Positions 37,378 to 47,619 of a stretch of DNA of 64,000 nucleotides are shown here, in pieces. The notes beneath the pieces are model-generated. The model ran no database searches, was not told where the DNA came from, and saw only the letters and a program-made list of their open reading frames with translations. Both the position numbers and the translations under genes were made by a program. Source of the stretch: an uncultured bacterium (GTDB lineage Bacteria; Krumholzibacteriota; Krumholzibacteriia; Krumholzibacteriales; Krumholzibacteriaceae); NCBI GenBank assembly GCA_965369375.1, contig CBDUQN010000003.1, positions 20,242-84,241 on the forward strand. Reading direction: 5' to 3'. Each line of letters starts with the position of its first letter. The first letter of the stretch is position 1.

Positions 37378-39578
37378 TGACGCTCCGTTCGAATATCGTA
37401 GATCGATCGATAGGCCGCCATGGAATCGAGCACGCGCCGCACATAGTTTCTCGTTTCTCTAATCCCGATCATTTCCAATGCCGCCATTGGGTTTCTCTCG
37501 GGGGTGAACAGTGTGCGCCATTTTTGCATTTTCGATCGGCCCGCATTGTACGCTGCGAGCGCCGCCACCAGATTATCACCGCTGCGGTCGAGATGAAAGC
37601 GGAGATACCAGCTTCCGGCGCCGATGTTGAATTCCGGCGTGCGGAAGTCGACATCGGAAATATTCTGCATCCCGAGTTTTTCACCGATCCATGCGCCTGT
37701 GGACGGCATCAGCTGCATCAGTCCTATGGCGCCCGCTCTCGAAACAGCTCTTGAATCGAATCTGCTTTCCTCCCGTATCACGGCGAGTATCAAGTCCACG
37801 GGGAGCCTGCGCTCAGCGGCGTTCTCAGAGATGGTGTTGGAGAAGGTGACGGGGTAGTAGAGTTTCCGCGAGAGCCTGCTGCGCGCGGAGAAAAACGCAG
37901 GTGAATTGAGAATTGAAAGGGCCACGTCGGCCATACCTGCGGCGCGGGCATCGCGATACAGAAGTGACATGAGTTCCCTGTTTCGGCCGAATAGTATCTT
38001 CAGGACATCGGCGCAATCAGCCGCTTCAGCGAGAGCTCCGATACGCATTAAATAGTTGAAAGCGCCGTATGCGGGATGATCGAGCGGCAGACCGTTGCAT
38101 GATATTCCAGATACGGCCGAATCGTATGACACGCGCTCGTAGCTCTCCATTGCGAGAAGAAGCGGCCATTGATCGCCGTGCGCTCCGTTCGCGGAAAGGG
38201 ACACGGCGGATTTTTCTCCCTCCCGTAGAACACGGGCATAGAAGGATTCCGGGTATCGGTCGATTAAGCGCTTTGACCAGGTGTCTCTATCGTTTTCATC
38301 CGGACTGGTTAGCTGAAGCCAGTAGAGTGTCGACGCTTCGATCAATCCTCCCGTGTCGGGGAGGAGCTGCTCGAGAATCATGTGAGATTCGGCGGTTTTT
38401 CCCATGGTATGCAGCAGGACGGCTTCGCTGAGCGCCGCCTCCCTGTGGATCGAGCTCGAGCACCCCCTCTGGCGCAATACCTCCCAGATCGCCAGTGCCC
38501 GGTCCCACTTATTTCGCGCGACCTCCAGTCTGGCCGCGATATCCAGGGATCGGGCGCTGCGCGAATCGCCGGGATAGTACATGCCGAAAGTTCGGTAACT
38601 CTGGGCGGCATCCTCGTATCGTTTCATGGCATGTTCGAGTGCGGCCTTTTCGAGCAGCGCAGCCTTTTTCAGCGCTACCGGGGCGTCCGAGTTGAATATG
38701 CTCCGATAGATCCTGATCGCCTTCCGCTTCTCCCCTGTAGAAGCGAGGTGCCGGCCCTTCACGAGACGGACGGAGTAATCGTTCCCGCAGTGCTCGAGGA
38801 GATGTTTCATCATGATATTCGCGGCTTCCCTGTTACGGATTTTCAGGGCAAAGCGCGTTAATGTAACGAGCTCCTCCATGTCGAATTCGTGCAGCCGGCC
38901 TTTCACTTTGCGCATCATTTCGGTGAGAAGAAGGCCGGTCGATGTGTCTATCTCCGCTTCGGCGCACTCGAGAAAGAGGTTTCTCGCCTGTTCATCGAGA
39001 CCCTTGTCGTGGTAGGCCATCGCGAGAATGAGGAATGCGCGGGATGTTGTTATTTCTGAAAAATCGAAATCGCCTGGAAGCGGCGGGTCATGCAGCGGTG
39101 ATCGAGCGAACGCTTCCGCATAGAGGTTTTTCGCATCTATGAGAACCGGATGCTCTTCGAGCAAGGGTGTATCCGAGATCAACGCGAAGAATCGTTCGCA
39201 CTCGGATACAGCCTCCGCGTGATCCCCGAGCTCGAACTGTGATACGGCGCGATAATAGAGCCGATACCCTTCCAGGTATGCGTTGTCGTTCGGTTCACCG
39301 GTCAGGTCGAGAGATTCGGCGTATCTGCCGGCCTTGTACGCCACGACGCCGCGTTCGAAAAGATCGGCGGCGAAGCCGAGCTGATCGAATGCTTCGGGTT
39401 CATCACCCGCCATCATGAGATACGTGGCGCGCTCTCGTGCAACGCCGGTGGCGGAGACGGCGCGCTGATACTCGGCCCTCCAGACGAATTCGGCGGGGGT
39501 GGCGGATTCGGTCTTTTCCAGATCACCGGGAAGGCCGGCAAGCATGGAAACCAACAAGAGAAAGGTAATTCTCAGCAC
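37374..39578 (-). CDS. Slt70-like soluble lytic transglycosylase (TPR-like superhelix + SLT domain)
   Basis: AVIREESRF, GAIGLMQLMP, AAYNAG, ETRNYV. Confidence 0.9.
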   Translation of the reverse strand: MLRITFLLLVSMLAGLPGDLEKTESATPAEFVWRAEYQRAVSATGVARERATYLMMAGDEPEAFDQLGFAADLFERGVVAYKAGRYAESLDLTGEPNDNAYLEGYRLYYRAVSQFELGDHAEAVSECERFFALISDTPLLEEHPVLIDAKNLYAEAFARSPLHDPPLPGDFDFSEITTSRAFLILAMAYHDKGLDEQARNLFLECAEAEIDTSTGLLLTEMMRKVKGRLHEFDMEELVTLTRFALKIRNREAANIMMKHLLEHCGNDYSVRLVKGRHLASTGEKRKAIRIYRSIFNSDAPVALKKAALLEKAALEHAMKRYEDAAQSYRTFGMYYPGDSRSARSLDIAARLEVARNKWDRALAIWEVLRQRGCSSSIHREAALSEAVLLHTMGKTAESHMILEQLLPDTGGLIEASTLYWLQLTSPDENDRDTWSKRLIDRYPESFYARVLREGEKSAVSLSANGAHGDQWPLLLAMESYERVSYDSAVSGISCNGLPLDHPAYGAFNYLMRIGALAEAADCADVLKILFGRNRELMSLLYRDARAAGMADVALSILNSPAFFSARSRLSRKLYYPVTFSNTISENAAERRLPVDLILAVIREESRFDSRAVSRAGAIGLMQLMPSTGAWIGEKLGMQNISDVDFRTPEFNIGAGSWYLRFHLDRSGDNLVAALAAYNAGRSKMQKWRTLFTPERNPMAALEMIGIRETRNYVRRVLDSMAAYRSIYDIRTERQ

Positions 39579-39672
39579 GGTGAACCATCCGATCCTTTAT
39601 TATATAATGTTGTCGTTTGTATAGGAAGGCAAGTTGAGTGCCAGGATGATCAACGTTATGGATCGGGGCGTG

Positions 39673-41226
39673 TTACTCCCACTCTATAGTGCCCGGCGGC
39701 TTCGAGCTGATATCGTAGACAACCCTGTTCACGCCATCCACCCTGTTGATGATCTCATTGGCGACATCCTGAAGAAATTCATACGGCAGCTTGGCCCAAT
39801 CGGCGGTCATGCCGTCCATGCTCGTTACCGCCCGCAAAACGACCGCGTTCTGGTATGTTCTCTCATCCCCCATCACGCCGACACTCTTTACGGGAAGCAG
39901 CACCGCGAAGGCCTGCCAGACGTCATCGTAGAGGCCGGAGCGGTGCAGCGCATCGATATAAATCCTGTCGACGCTGCGCAGCACATCGAGCGAATGCCTG
40001 TTGATTTCGCCCGGAATCCTGACCGATAAACCGGGACCGGGGAAGGGGTGCCGTCTGATCTGCCGCTCGGGCAGTCCTAGAATGCCTCCCACCTCCCTGA
40101 CCTCGTCCTTGAACAGCAGCGAGAGGGGTTCGATCAGCTCGAAATCGAGATCGTCGGGCAAGCCGCCGACGTTATGGTGTGATTTTATAGTTGCTGAGGG
40201 ACCGACGGTCGAACGGCTCTCGATGACATCGGGGTAGAGAGTTCCCTGGGCGAGGAATTTGAACGGACCGTGTTTTCTGCTCTGCTCCTCGAATATATCG
40301 ATGAAGCACTTGCCGATGATTTTCCTCTTTTCCTCTCCATAGGTGACTCCCTCGAGCCTGCGCAGGAATTCGGTTGAAGCGTCGACGAAAACAAGCTCCG
40401 TCATCAGGTATTCCGAGAGGAGGCCGCGAACCTCGCCGACTTCCCCTTCCCTGAGGAGTCCGTTATCCACAAAGACGGGACAGAGCTGCTTGCCTATTGC
40501 GCGGTCGACGAGGCAGGCCATGACGGACGAGTCGACGCCGCCGCTCACCGCGCAGAGCACCCTCGATGAGCCGACCGTGGCACGTATCTTCTGTATTTCA
40601 TGGTCGACAAACGACTTCGGGTTCCAGGTCGGCTCGCATTTGCAGATGCGGAAAAGGAAATTTCTGATGATTTCCGTCCCATGTTCGGTATGGTACACTT
40701 CTGGGTGGAACTGAAGTCCATAAACCTTTCCGCCCTCGTCGGCTATCGCCGCGAACGGGCTCCCCTCCGTCGTTGCGACCGCCCTGAAACCGGCGGGCAT
40801 CTCGTCGACCTTGTCCCCGTGACTCATCCAGACGCGCTGCTTCTTCGGTGTCCCCGCGAAGAGATCGCACTCGGTGTCAGCCTCGATGATCGTGTGACCG
40901 TATTCGCGGTGGTCCGACCGGCCGACCGCGCCGCCCTGTATCTGTGAGACGAGCTGCATCCCGTAACAGATTCCGAGAATCGGCACACCGAGCTCGAGGA
41001 TGTCCCTTTCGACGCCGGGGGCCCCTTCGGCGGTGACGCTCGCCGGCCCGCCCGAAAGGATGATGCCGACGGGTTTTTCGGCTTTCACTTCCTCGAGCGA
41101 TGCTCGATTCGGCAAAATGACCGAAAAGACATTCTCGGCCCTTACCCTCCGGGCGATGAGCTGCGTGTACTGCGAGCCGAAATCGATTATGACGATCGAT
41201 TCGCCTTCCCAGTCCCTCTCGTCCAT
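39673..41226 (-). CDS. guaA: GMP synthase (glutamine-hydrolysing)
   Basis: DFGSQY, GICYGMQ, QFHPEV, SGGVDS, IKSHHNVGG, KPPGTIEWE. Confidence 0.98.
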   Translation of the reverse strand: MDERDWEGESIVIIDFGSQYTQLIARRVRAENVFSVILPNRASLEEVKAEKPVGIILSGGPASVTAEGAPGVERDILELGVPILGICYGMQLVSQIQGGAVGRSDHREYGHTIIEADTECDLFAGTPKKQRVWMSHGDKVDEMPAGFRAVATTEGSPFAAIADEGGKVYGLQFHPEVYHTEHGTEIIRNFLFRICKCEPTWNPKSFVDHEIQKIRATVGSSRVLCAVSGGVDSSVMACLVDRAIGKQLCPVFVDNGLLREGEVGEVRGLLSEYLMTELVFVDASTEFLRRLEGVTYGEEKRKIIGKCFIDIFEEQSRKHGPFKFLAQGTLYPDVIESRSTVGPSATIKSHHNVGGLPDDLDFELIEPLSLLFKDEVREVGGILGLPERQIRRHPFPGPGLSVRIPGEINRHSLDVLRSVDRIYIDALHRSGLYDDVWQAFAVLLPVKSVGVMGDERTYQNAVVLRAVTSMDGMTADWAKLPYEFLQDVANEIINRVDGVNRVVYDISSKPPGTIEWE

Positions 41227-41235
41227 CGCGCGCTC

Positions 41236-42801
41236 CTAGTGTCTGAAATGTCTCCTGCCGGTGAGCACCATCGCCAGTTTGAGCTCATCGGCGGCCTTGA
41301 TAATCTCTTCGTCACGCATCGAACCGCCGGGCTGGATTATCGATTTGATACCGGCGTCGGCGAGAACCTCCACGCCGTCGGGAAACGGAAAGAAGGCATC
41401 GGAAGCCGCCGACGCGCCTGTTATTTCGAGCCCTTCCCTGCGCGCCTTGTCCACCGCTATGCGGCACGAGTCGACCCTGCTCATCTGTCCCGCCCCGACA
41501 CCGATCGTGCCGTGCCGATCGCAGATCACGATCGCGTTCGAACGGATGTGTTTGGCTACTTTCCATGCAAGTTTCATCGCCGCCAGCTCGCGCTCTCCGG
41601 GCTCGATCGCCGTCACGACCTCGGGTTTCTCGAGCTCCGGGAAACCCTCGTCCCGTTCCTGGATGAGGAGGAGATCTCCCACCTCACGCGCGGTCCAGCC
41701 GGCGTGGTCTCTGTCCCACTCGGCGCCGGGGACAATGATGAGCCTCAGATTCTTCTTCTTCCTCAGAATGGAACGGGCGCCATCGGAAAATCCCCGGGCG
41801 ATGATGACTTCAAGAAATCCCTCCCGGCATGCTTCCGCCGCAGCTTCGTCGACGATACTGTTGAAGGAAACAACGCTCCCGAATGCCGAAACGGGATCGG
41901 TCTTGCGCGCCCTGACGAAACTCCCGGCAGCGTTACCGCACGCTGCGGCTCCGCACGGATTCATGTGCTTTATGATAGCGCACGCATTGTCTCCAAGATC
42001 CCGCGCGAGAAGAAATGAAGCGTACATGTCTTGAATGTTGTTGTAGGAAAGTTCCTTTCCCTGAAGCTGCTCGAAAGCCGCGAACGAGCCGACTGACGGC
42101 TCTCCGGCATAGAGCGCTCCCTTGAGGTGGGGATTTTCTCCATAGCGCAGGGTGTGCACCTTCCTGTATACCTTGATCGTTTCATCGGGGAGTTCACGAG
42201 CGACGCCCGTGAGGCGCTCGAAGTAGCTGGATATGGCGGCGTCGTACAATGCGGTATGGTGAAACGCTTTGGATGCGAGTTTCTTCCTGGTATCGAGGGA
42301 TATCACGCCCTCGCCGGAATCGAGCTCGTCGATCAAGTCTGCGTAATCACCCGGATCTACGCATACGACGACGGAGTGATGGTTCTTCGCCGCCGCACGA
42401 ATGAGAGTCGGGCCTCCGATATCGATCTGTTCTACGACGTCTCGCTCGTCGAGCTCCGGATTTTCCGCCGCTTCCCTGAAGCGGTAGAGGTTGACCGCTA
42501 CGAGATCGATCATCGGGATATCGAGTTTCTCCGCCGCTTCGAGATGCTCCTTGTTGCCGCGGTCCGCGAGTATCCCGCCGCTCACCTTGGGGTGAAGGGT
42601 CTTTACCCGGCCGTCCATGATCTCGGGAAATCCGGTCAGCGCGCTGATTTCAATAACGCCGACGTTCGCTTTCCGTATCGCGGCGGCGGTGCCGCCGGAT
42701 GCTATGATTTCGATTCCCCGCTTGCCAAGAGCCTTGGCGAAAGATTCGAGACCTTGCTTATCGGTGACTGAAATGAGAGCCCTTTTGACTTCTATCTTCA
42801 T
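41236..42801 (-). CDS. purH: Bifunctional AICAR transformylase / IMP cyclohydrolase
   Basis: GRVKTLHP, IDIGGPT, LRYGENPH, KELSYNN, GQMSRVD, SDAFFPF, RHFRH. Confidence 0.98.
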   Translation of the reverse strand: MKIEVKRALISVTDKQGLESFAKALGKRGIEIIASGGTAAAIRKANVGVIEISALTGFPEIMDGRVKTLHPKVSGGILADRGNKEHLEAAEKLDIPMIDLVAVNLYRFREAAENPELDERDVVEQIDIGGPTLIRAAAKNHHSVVVCVDPGDYADLIDELDSGEGVISLDTRKKLASKAFHHTALYDAAISSYFERLTGVARELPDETIKVYRKVHTLRYGENPHLKGALYAGEPSVGSFAAFEQLQGKELSYNNIQDMYASFLLARDLGDNACAIIKHMNPCGAAACGNAAGSFVRARKTDPVSAFGSVVSFNSIVDEAAAEACREGFLEVIIARGFSDGARSILRKKKNLRLIIVPGAEWDRDHAGWTAREVGDLLLIQERDEGFPELEKPEVVTAIEPGERELAAMKLAWKVAKHIRSNAIVICDRHGTIGVGAGQMSRVDSCRIAVDKARREGLEITGASAASDAFFPFPDGVEVLADAGIKSIIQPGGSMRDEEIIKAADELKLAMVLTGRRHFRH

Positions 42802-43709
42802 GCCAGATACCTTTCGATGTTCAATTCGGGGAAGAGACGCTCCAGACCGAGATGGTAACGCTCCATCGTTTTATTCACAATTTCCACCGGCAGCTCCGGC
42901 GCCGGCGGATTGTGATCCCAATTAATTTCATCAAGGTAGTCGCGAACGAATTGCTTGTCGAGGCTCTTCTGCGGCCGGCCGGGTTCGTATTCCTCCTGCA
43001 GCCAGAAACGGGACGAGTCGGGCGTGAAGATCTCGTCGATGAGCACTAATGAATCGTCTATGAAGCCGAACTCGAATTTGGTGTCCGCTATGATGATACC
43101 CTTTGAAGCCGCGAACTCGCTCGCGCGGGTATATATGTCAATGCTGATGTTCTGGAGCGCTTCGATCGTATCTTCGCCGACGATCGATGCCGCCTCCTCG
43201 AATGTAATGTTCTCATCGTGACCCGACTCGGCTTTCGTGGAAGGGGTGAATATCGGATCCGGAAGCTTTTCCGAAAGCTTCAGATCCGCCGGCAGCGCTA
43301 TTCCGCAAACGGAGCCGCTCTTCCGGTACTCCTTCCAGCAGGATCCGGTGATATATCCTCTGACGATGCACTCGAGATCGATCCTGCCGGCCTTTTTGAC
43401 GAGCATCGAGCGTCCCCCGAGCTCTTCGGGATGGCGATTGAACGGTTCCGGAAATTCCTCCACATCGGTGCCGACCAGATGGTTTCCTATATCGGCGAAC
43501 AGGTTGAACCAGGCCGCCGACATCATCGTCAGGATGACGCCTTTTCCCGGAATCGGTGTCGGCAGTATCGAGTCGTATGCGGAAATCCTGTCCGTTGCGA
43601 CGATGAGGAGGCGATCACCAAGATCGTATATGTCCCTCACCTTTCCCCGGTATGACGGTTCAGCGCCGGGGATCCCGCTGCTCTGTTTATTCGATGTTGC
43701 TTCATTCAT
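42798..43709 (-). CDS. purC: SAICAR synthase
   Basis: GKVRDIY, DRISAYD, ECIVRGYITGS, FTPSTK, DTKFEFG, DEIFTPDSSRFW, DKQFVR. Confidence 0.97.
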   Translation of the reverse strand: MNEATSNKQSSGIPGAEPSYRGKVRDIYDLGDRLLIVATDRISAYDSILPTPIPGKGVILTMMSAAWFNLFADIGNHLVGTDVEEFPEPFNRHPEELGGRSMLVKKAGRIDLECIVRGYITGSCWKEYRKSGSVCGIALPADLKLSEKLPDPIFTPSTKAESGHDENITFEEAASIVGEDTIEALQNISIDIYTRASEFAASKGIIIADTKFEFGFIDDSLVLIDEIFTPDSSRFWLQEEYEPGRPQKSLDKQFVRDYLDEINWDHNPPAPELPVEIVNKTMERYHLGLERLFPELNIERYLA

Positions 43710-44331
43710 GGTTCTCTATGAAAAGCCTCCTTCCTTCCACACGCAGTTTCCCTTCGGCATAGAGTCTGAGAGCCTCCGGATATGCAATGTGCTCTTGCTC
43801 GAGAATGCGTGCGCTCAAGGAATCCTCGTCATCTCCGGGATGCACGGGAACAACTCGCTGTATAATAATCGGGCCGGTGTCGATGCCGGCGTCGACTAAA
43901 TGGACGGTGCAGCCCGAATAGCGGACGCCGTAATCGAGTGCCTGTTTCTGTCCGTGCAGGCCTTTAAAGCTCGGCAGCAGCGCCGGGTGAATATTCAGCA
44001 TCTTTCCGGCGTACTCTTCGAGAATCCTGCCCTTGACGATCCTCATGAAACCAGCAAGGCAAACGAGCGCGATATCTCTCTCCTTGCAGAGCCTTGTCAT
44101 TACCACGCTCGATTCAGGATTCATCGAACCTTTCTTCGGTCCGCAGTCGACGACCGCCGTCTCGATTCCCATGCGGTGAGCTATAACGAGGGCGCCCGCT
44201 TCCTCGTTGTCGACGATAAGCAGTGCGATCCGTGCCGGATAATCCTCCTCGAGACACGCCGTGGCAAGCGATTCAAAATTCGATCCCCGCCCTGATGCGA
44301 GCACCGCAACATTAACAGAATGAGGTTTCAT
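43702..44331 (-). CDS. purN: Phosphoribosylglycinamide formyltransferase
   Basis: SGRGSNF, LAGFMRI, NIHPALLP, GCTVHLVD..DTGPII. Confidence 0.97.
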   Translation of the reverse strand: MKPHSVNVAVLASGRGSNFESLATACLEEDYPARIALLIVDNEEAGALVIAHRMGIETAVVDCGPKKGSMNPESSVVMTRLCKERDIALVCLAGFMRIVKGRILEEYAGKMLNIHPALLPSFKGLHGQKQALDYGVRYSGCTVHLVDAGIDTGPIIIQRVVPVHPGDDEDSLSARILEQEHIAYPEALRLYAEGKLRVEGRRLFIENHE

Positions 44332-44454
44332 GTTCCATCCTTTGCCTCGATTCGAGAGTCGCTTCTATTTCAAAGAGATCAGTCCGGCATGAAATGCCGG
44401 GATATTCAAACGGTCTGATATACGGATTTACATGTTTCAATCCAGCCATGAGGC

Positions 44455-44483
44455 ATAATATCCCCATTTTCATTTCATGTCAA
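44455..44483 (-). promoter_or_regulatory. sigma70-type promoter for purN-purC-purH-guaA
   Basis: Minus strand TTGACA-17 nt-TATTAT, giving a leader of about 115 nt. Confidence 0.72.
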
Positions 44484-44485
44484 GC

Positions 44486-46255
44486 CTAGGGAGATTTTGA
44501 AACGATGCGCAGGCGGAGATCGGTTTCACGAGCCGTGACGGCGCGCCCTATCGGTGGTGGAAATACCGGTCCCTCTATCTCGATCACGAACGATTCCGAA
44601 TCGATCACCTCGGTTTCGGATACCTCTTTAACGCAAATCCCGAGCTTCCGCGTACGGATTTGCAGGGCGTTCGACGAGAGAAGAAGGTACGGGCTGCACA
44701 CCATTTCCCGCACACGCACACGTTCGAGTATGTGGAGAATGCCAGGCTCACCTCCCCCCGTTCCCCTTTCGACAACGAGATACGCTATCGAACCGATCCC
44801 TCTGCTCCAGAGATCACGGACGATCATGCGCGCCCTTGATCTGCTGATTTTCTTTCCAAGTACAAGAATACGATCATCCGCCGGCAAGAGGGTGCACGCG
44901 TTACCGGGCCGGTATGATGTCTCCACGGCATCGGTGGCCGGCAATACCCTCTCGCACAATGAACAACTCTGTTCGGCATTTCCGAGACCTAGAGAGAGGC
45001 AGATACAGGCGATTGTGGAGATGAGAAAGGCCCGCCGCCGCCGGCAATCGTGTTTCAGTGCAAATGCGGCGAGAGCGGCGGCGGCCGCAAAGGTCATCGG
45101 ATCTACGGCACCGGCGAGGATCGCCGGATGCGGCCGGTGCGAAAAGAAGAGCGGAATCTCACACAGGATGCGTGACACAAAGTTGACCGGCACCGAAAGC
45201 GCGCACCGCACCGGCTCGTATTGAATGCACAGATATGGTATCCCGAGATAGAGAAGACAGGTAACGGGCAGTATGAACATCAGGTTCATGAAGGGGGCGA
45301 TCAGGGGGACACGCTTGAAGAGCGTCAGCATGAGTGGAAGCAAAAAGAATTGTATCGAGACGGTAACGATCAGAGAGAATAGAACAGCGCGCCACGGCCG
45401 GCCGAATACTCCTTTCGGGAGATGGGGATCGATACGTTTTATTATCGGCAGCGCAATGAGCGCAATGGCGCTGACCGCGGTGAATGAGAGTTGGAATCCG
45501 CTGTTGAGCATCAGGGACATGTCGAATAGCACGAGCACAAAGTTGCCGAGGACGAGGGAGCCGAGAAGATCCGTCTTCACGCCGGCGGCCCTGCTTATGA
45601 TCACCGCGGCGGCGAGAGCGAGCGCTCGCTGCAAAGAGGGCGGGAAACCCGCTATGGCCGCGTACATCGCCAACACGGCCAGCAGTATGAACTCTCTTGC
45701 CGAGCGCGGGATGGGAATTACAGACATGCAGCGTGATACGGCAAGAGCGATTATTCCGAGATGGAGACCGCTCAGTGCGAGAAAATGAGCGATGCCGAGA
45801 TAGGTGTATGCCTCTTTGATGCCACGGTCGAAATTCGATCGATCTGCAAGCAGGAGAGCACCGAGCATGTGTCTGCTTTGTTCCGTGAGAAACGGATCAT
45901 CGAGTGAATCGAGGAGGTAGCTGCGCGACTTCTCTACGACGGAATGAGAAGGGCTGTTTCTTGCAGTTACCAGATCGTGGCGGCATCGTGCGAGGCCCGC
46001 GCTCATCCAGAGTGTGATTGCAACGGACACGAACAGGACGAAAAGCATGGCAGGCCGGTCTGCATTCCTTGTGTGCCGTTGAGCCCGGGCGCCTCGCGCG
46101 AGAGTGAAACTCCACTTGATGAGGTGTGCCGTCAGCAGCTGCAGGGCGACAATCGTGAGTACGACGTATCTCGAGCGGGGACCCGGCGGAAAAAAAGCGC
46201 CCGTAATCAAAAATGCGGTTACCCACATCAACATCATACACCTCCCATACCGCAA
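44486..46255 (-). CDS. comEC: ComEC/Rec2 family competence membrane protein (divergent)
   Basis: GIAHFLALSGLHLG, PPSLQRA, SGFQLSF, multiple TM helices; C-terminal metallo-beta-lactamase-like part lacks HxHxDH. Confidence 0.8.
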   Translation of the reverse strand: MRYGRCMMLMWVTAFLITGAFFPPGPRSRYVVLTIVALQLLTAHLIKWSFTLARGARAQRHTRNADRPAMLFVLFVSVAITLWMSAGLARCRHDLVTARNSPSHSVVEKSRSYLLDSLDDPFLTEQSRHMLGALLLADRSNFDRGIKEAYTYLGIAHFLALSGLHLGIIALAVSRCMSVIPIPRSAREFILLAVLAMYAAIAGFPPSLQRALALAAAVIISRAAGVKTDLLGSLVLGNFVLVLFDMSLMLNSGFQLSFTAVSAIALIALPIIKRIDPHLPKGVFGRPWRAVLFSLIVTVSIQFFLLPLMLTLFKRVPLIAPFMNLMFILPVTCLLYLGIPYLCIQYEPVRCALSVPVNFVSRILCEIPLFFSHRPHPAILAGAVDPMTFAAAAALAAFALKHDCRRRRAFLISTIACICLSLGLGNAEQSCSLCERVLPATDAVETSYRPGNACTLLPADDRILVLGKKISRSRARMIVRDLWSRGIGSIAYLVVERGTGGGEPGILHILERVRVREMVCSPYLLLSSNALQIRTRKLGICVKEVSETEVIDSESFVIEIEGPVFPPPIGRAVTARETDLRLRIVSKSP

Positions 46256-46320
46256 TGACTTGTGATCCGGATGTGAATCGGCCCATGATTCGGGTCATTG
46301 CCGGATTCACGCCCCGAACG

Positions 46321-47619
46321 TTATTCTTCGTAGAAAGTGGTTCTGTTCTTTCCCTCCCGCTTTGAGACGTACATCGCCTGGTCGGCATGCCTTAGAAGTT
46401 CGATCTCGCTTTGGGCATCGACCGGATAGATGCATGCGCCGATGCTTATCGTCACCCGTAGCTCTTTTCCATCATCGAGTGTCGTGCCGGTCTTGGATAT
46501 GACGTCGCGTATTCGCTCGGCGGTACGCTGAGCCGCCTCCTTGCCCGCGCCGGGCAGCAATGCGATAAATTCCTCTCCACCGAATCTGAAGAAGAGATCT
46601 ATCTTACGCAGGTGGCTCTTGACCGTCCGGGCCACGGTTTTCAGCACGATGTCGCCGACGTCGTGCCCGTGCGCGTCGTTGACCTGTTTGAAATCATCTA
46701 TATCGATCATGAGAAATGCAAGGCACTTTTTGTTACGTGTAGCTCTCTCCATCTCGAGGGGAAGCTGCGTTTCGTAGTAGTTGCGGTTGTTAGCCTGTGT
46801 CAAACGGTCGATCGAGACCATGTTCTCGAGATGAATATTGTTCTCGAGAAGACGGATGATGCCCTGACCGAGCAGGTGGAGATTAAGAAATACATTTTTA
46901 GCCGGAGAGGTATCGGATGTCAAATGAATCTCCAGGATTCCCCATTTCACGTCTCTCGCGTGAATGGGAATCAGTATGATTGACTTCGTATGATGCTGCA
47001 CGGCAAAGAAGCTCTCGCCGGGGAATGCGCCGCTGAGACGCATGAATGTATGCGAAAGACCGCTCGTGATGCACGAACGGTAGAATCTGTTGGCGCTGAG
47101 CTCGCTCCAATCGGTGACCTTGATACGGTCCCCGGCTCTCTCGGCGGGAAATGGCGGTTCCTTGAGCAGGATCAGAAACGCCTCCGAACCGGTAAAAATC
47201 CTGCCAACGAGTGCGAGGATTTCACCTAAACGATCGATAACGGCCTTCGAGGAATTGTTCAGCGCCAGTGAGGATATGATCCCTGCGAAAACGGATGGCA
47301 GGATACCTGACGCCTCTGCAACCACCCCCCTCACCCCACCGAGCTCCCCGCGGTCAATTTCCAGGGTAATCCGCATGCGCCCCGCGACTTTGACATAAGA
47401 GATGGAATTTGTATTATCAGAGCGAGTTATGCCATCCCTGCGAAACACTTTCTTGGAGCAGAGCTCTTCGAGGGAGAGGTATGCGGCCCGGATCATCGTG
47501 AACCGGTCGCCGCTGTCGAGAGCGCGGCGAATCCCTTCCAGACGCTCTGAAGACAGAAGATTTCTGGGAATCAGACGTTGAAGAAGGTATCGATAATCTT
47601 TCTCGAGCTCAGGATGCAT
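46321..47619 (-). CDS. Cytoplasmic GAF-GGDEF diguanylate cyclase
   Basis: DRLT..NRNY, DIDDFKQVND.HGH.VGD, I-site RKID, RFGGEEF, ADQAMY.SK..GKNR. Confidence 0.92.
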   Translation of the reverse strand: MHPELEKDYRYLLQRLIPRNLLSSERLEGIRRALDSGDRFTMIRAAYLSLEELCSKKVFRRDGITRSDNTNSISYVKVAGRMRITLEIDRGELGGVRGVVAEASGILPSVFAGIISSLALNNSSKAVIDRLGEILALVGRIFTGSEAFLILLKEPPFPAERAGDRIKVTDWSELSANRFYRSCITSGLSHTFMRLSGAFPGESFFAVQHHTKSIILIPIHARDVKWGILEIHLTSDTSPAKNVFLNLHLLGQGIIRLLENNIHLENMVSIDRLTQANNRNYYETQLPLEMERATRNKKCLAFLMIDIDDFKQVNDAHGHDVGDIVLKTVARTVKSHLRKIDLFFRFGGEEFIALLPGAGKEAAQRTAERIRDVISKTGTTLDDGKELRVTISIGACIYPVDAQSEIELLRHADQAMYVSKREGKNRTTFYEE

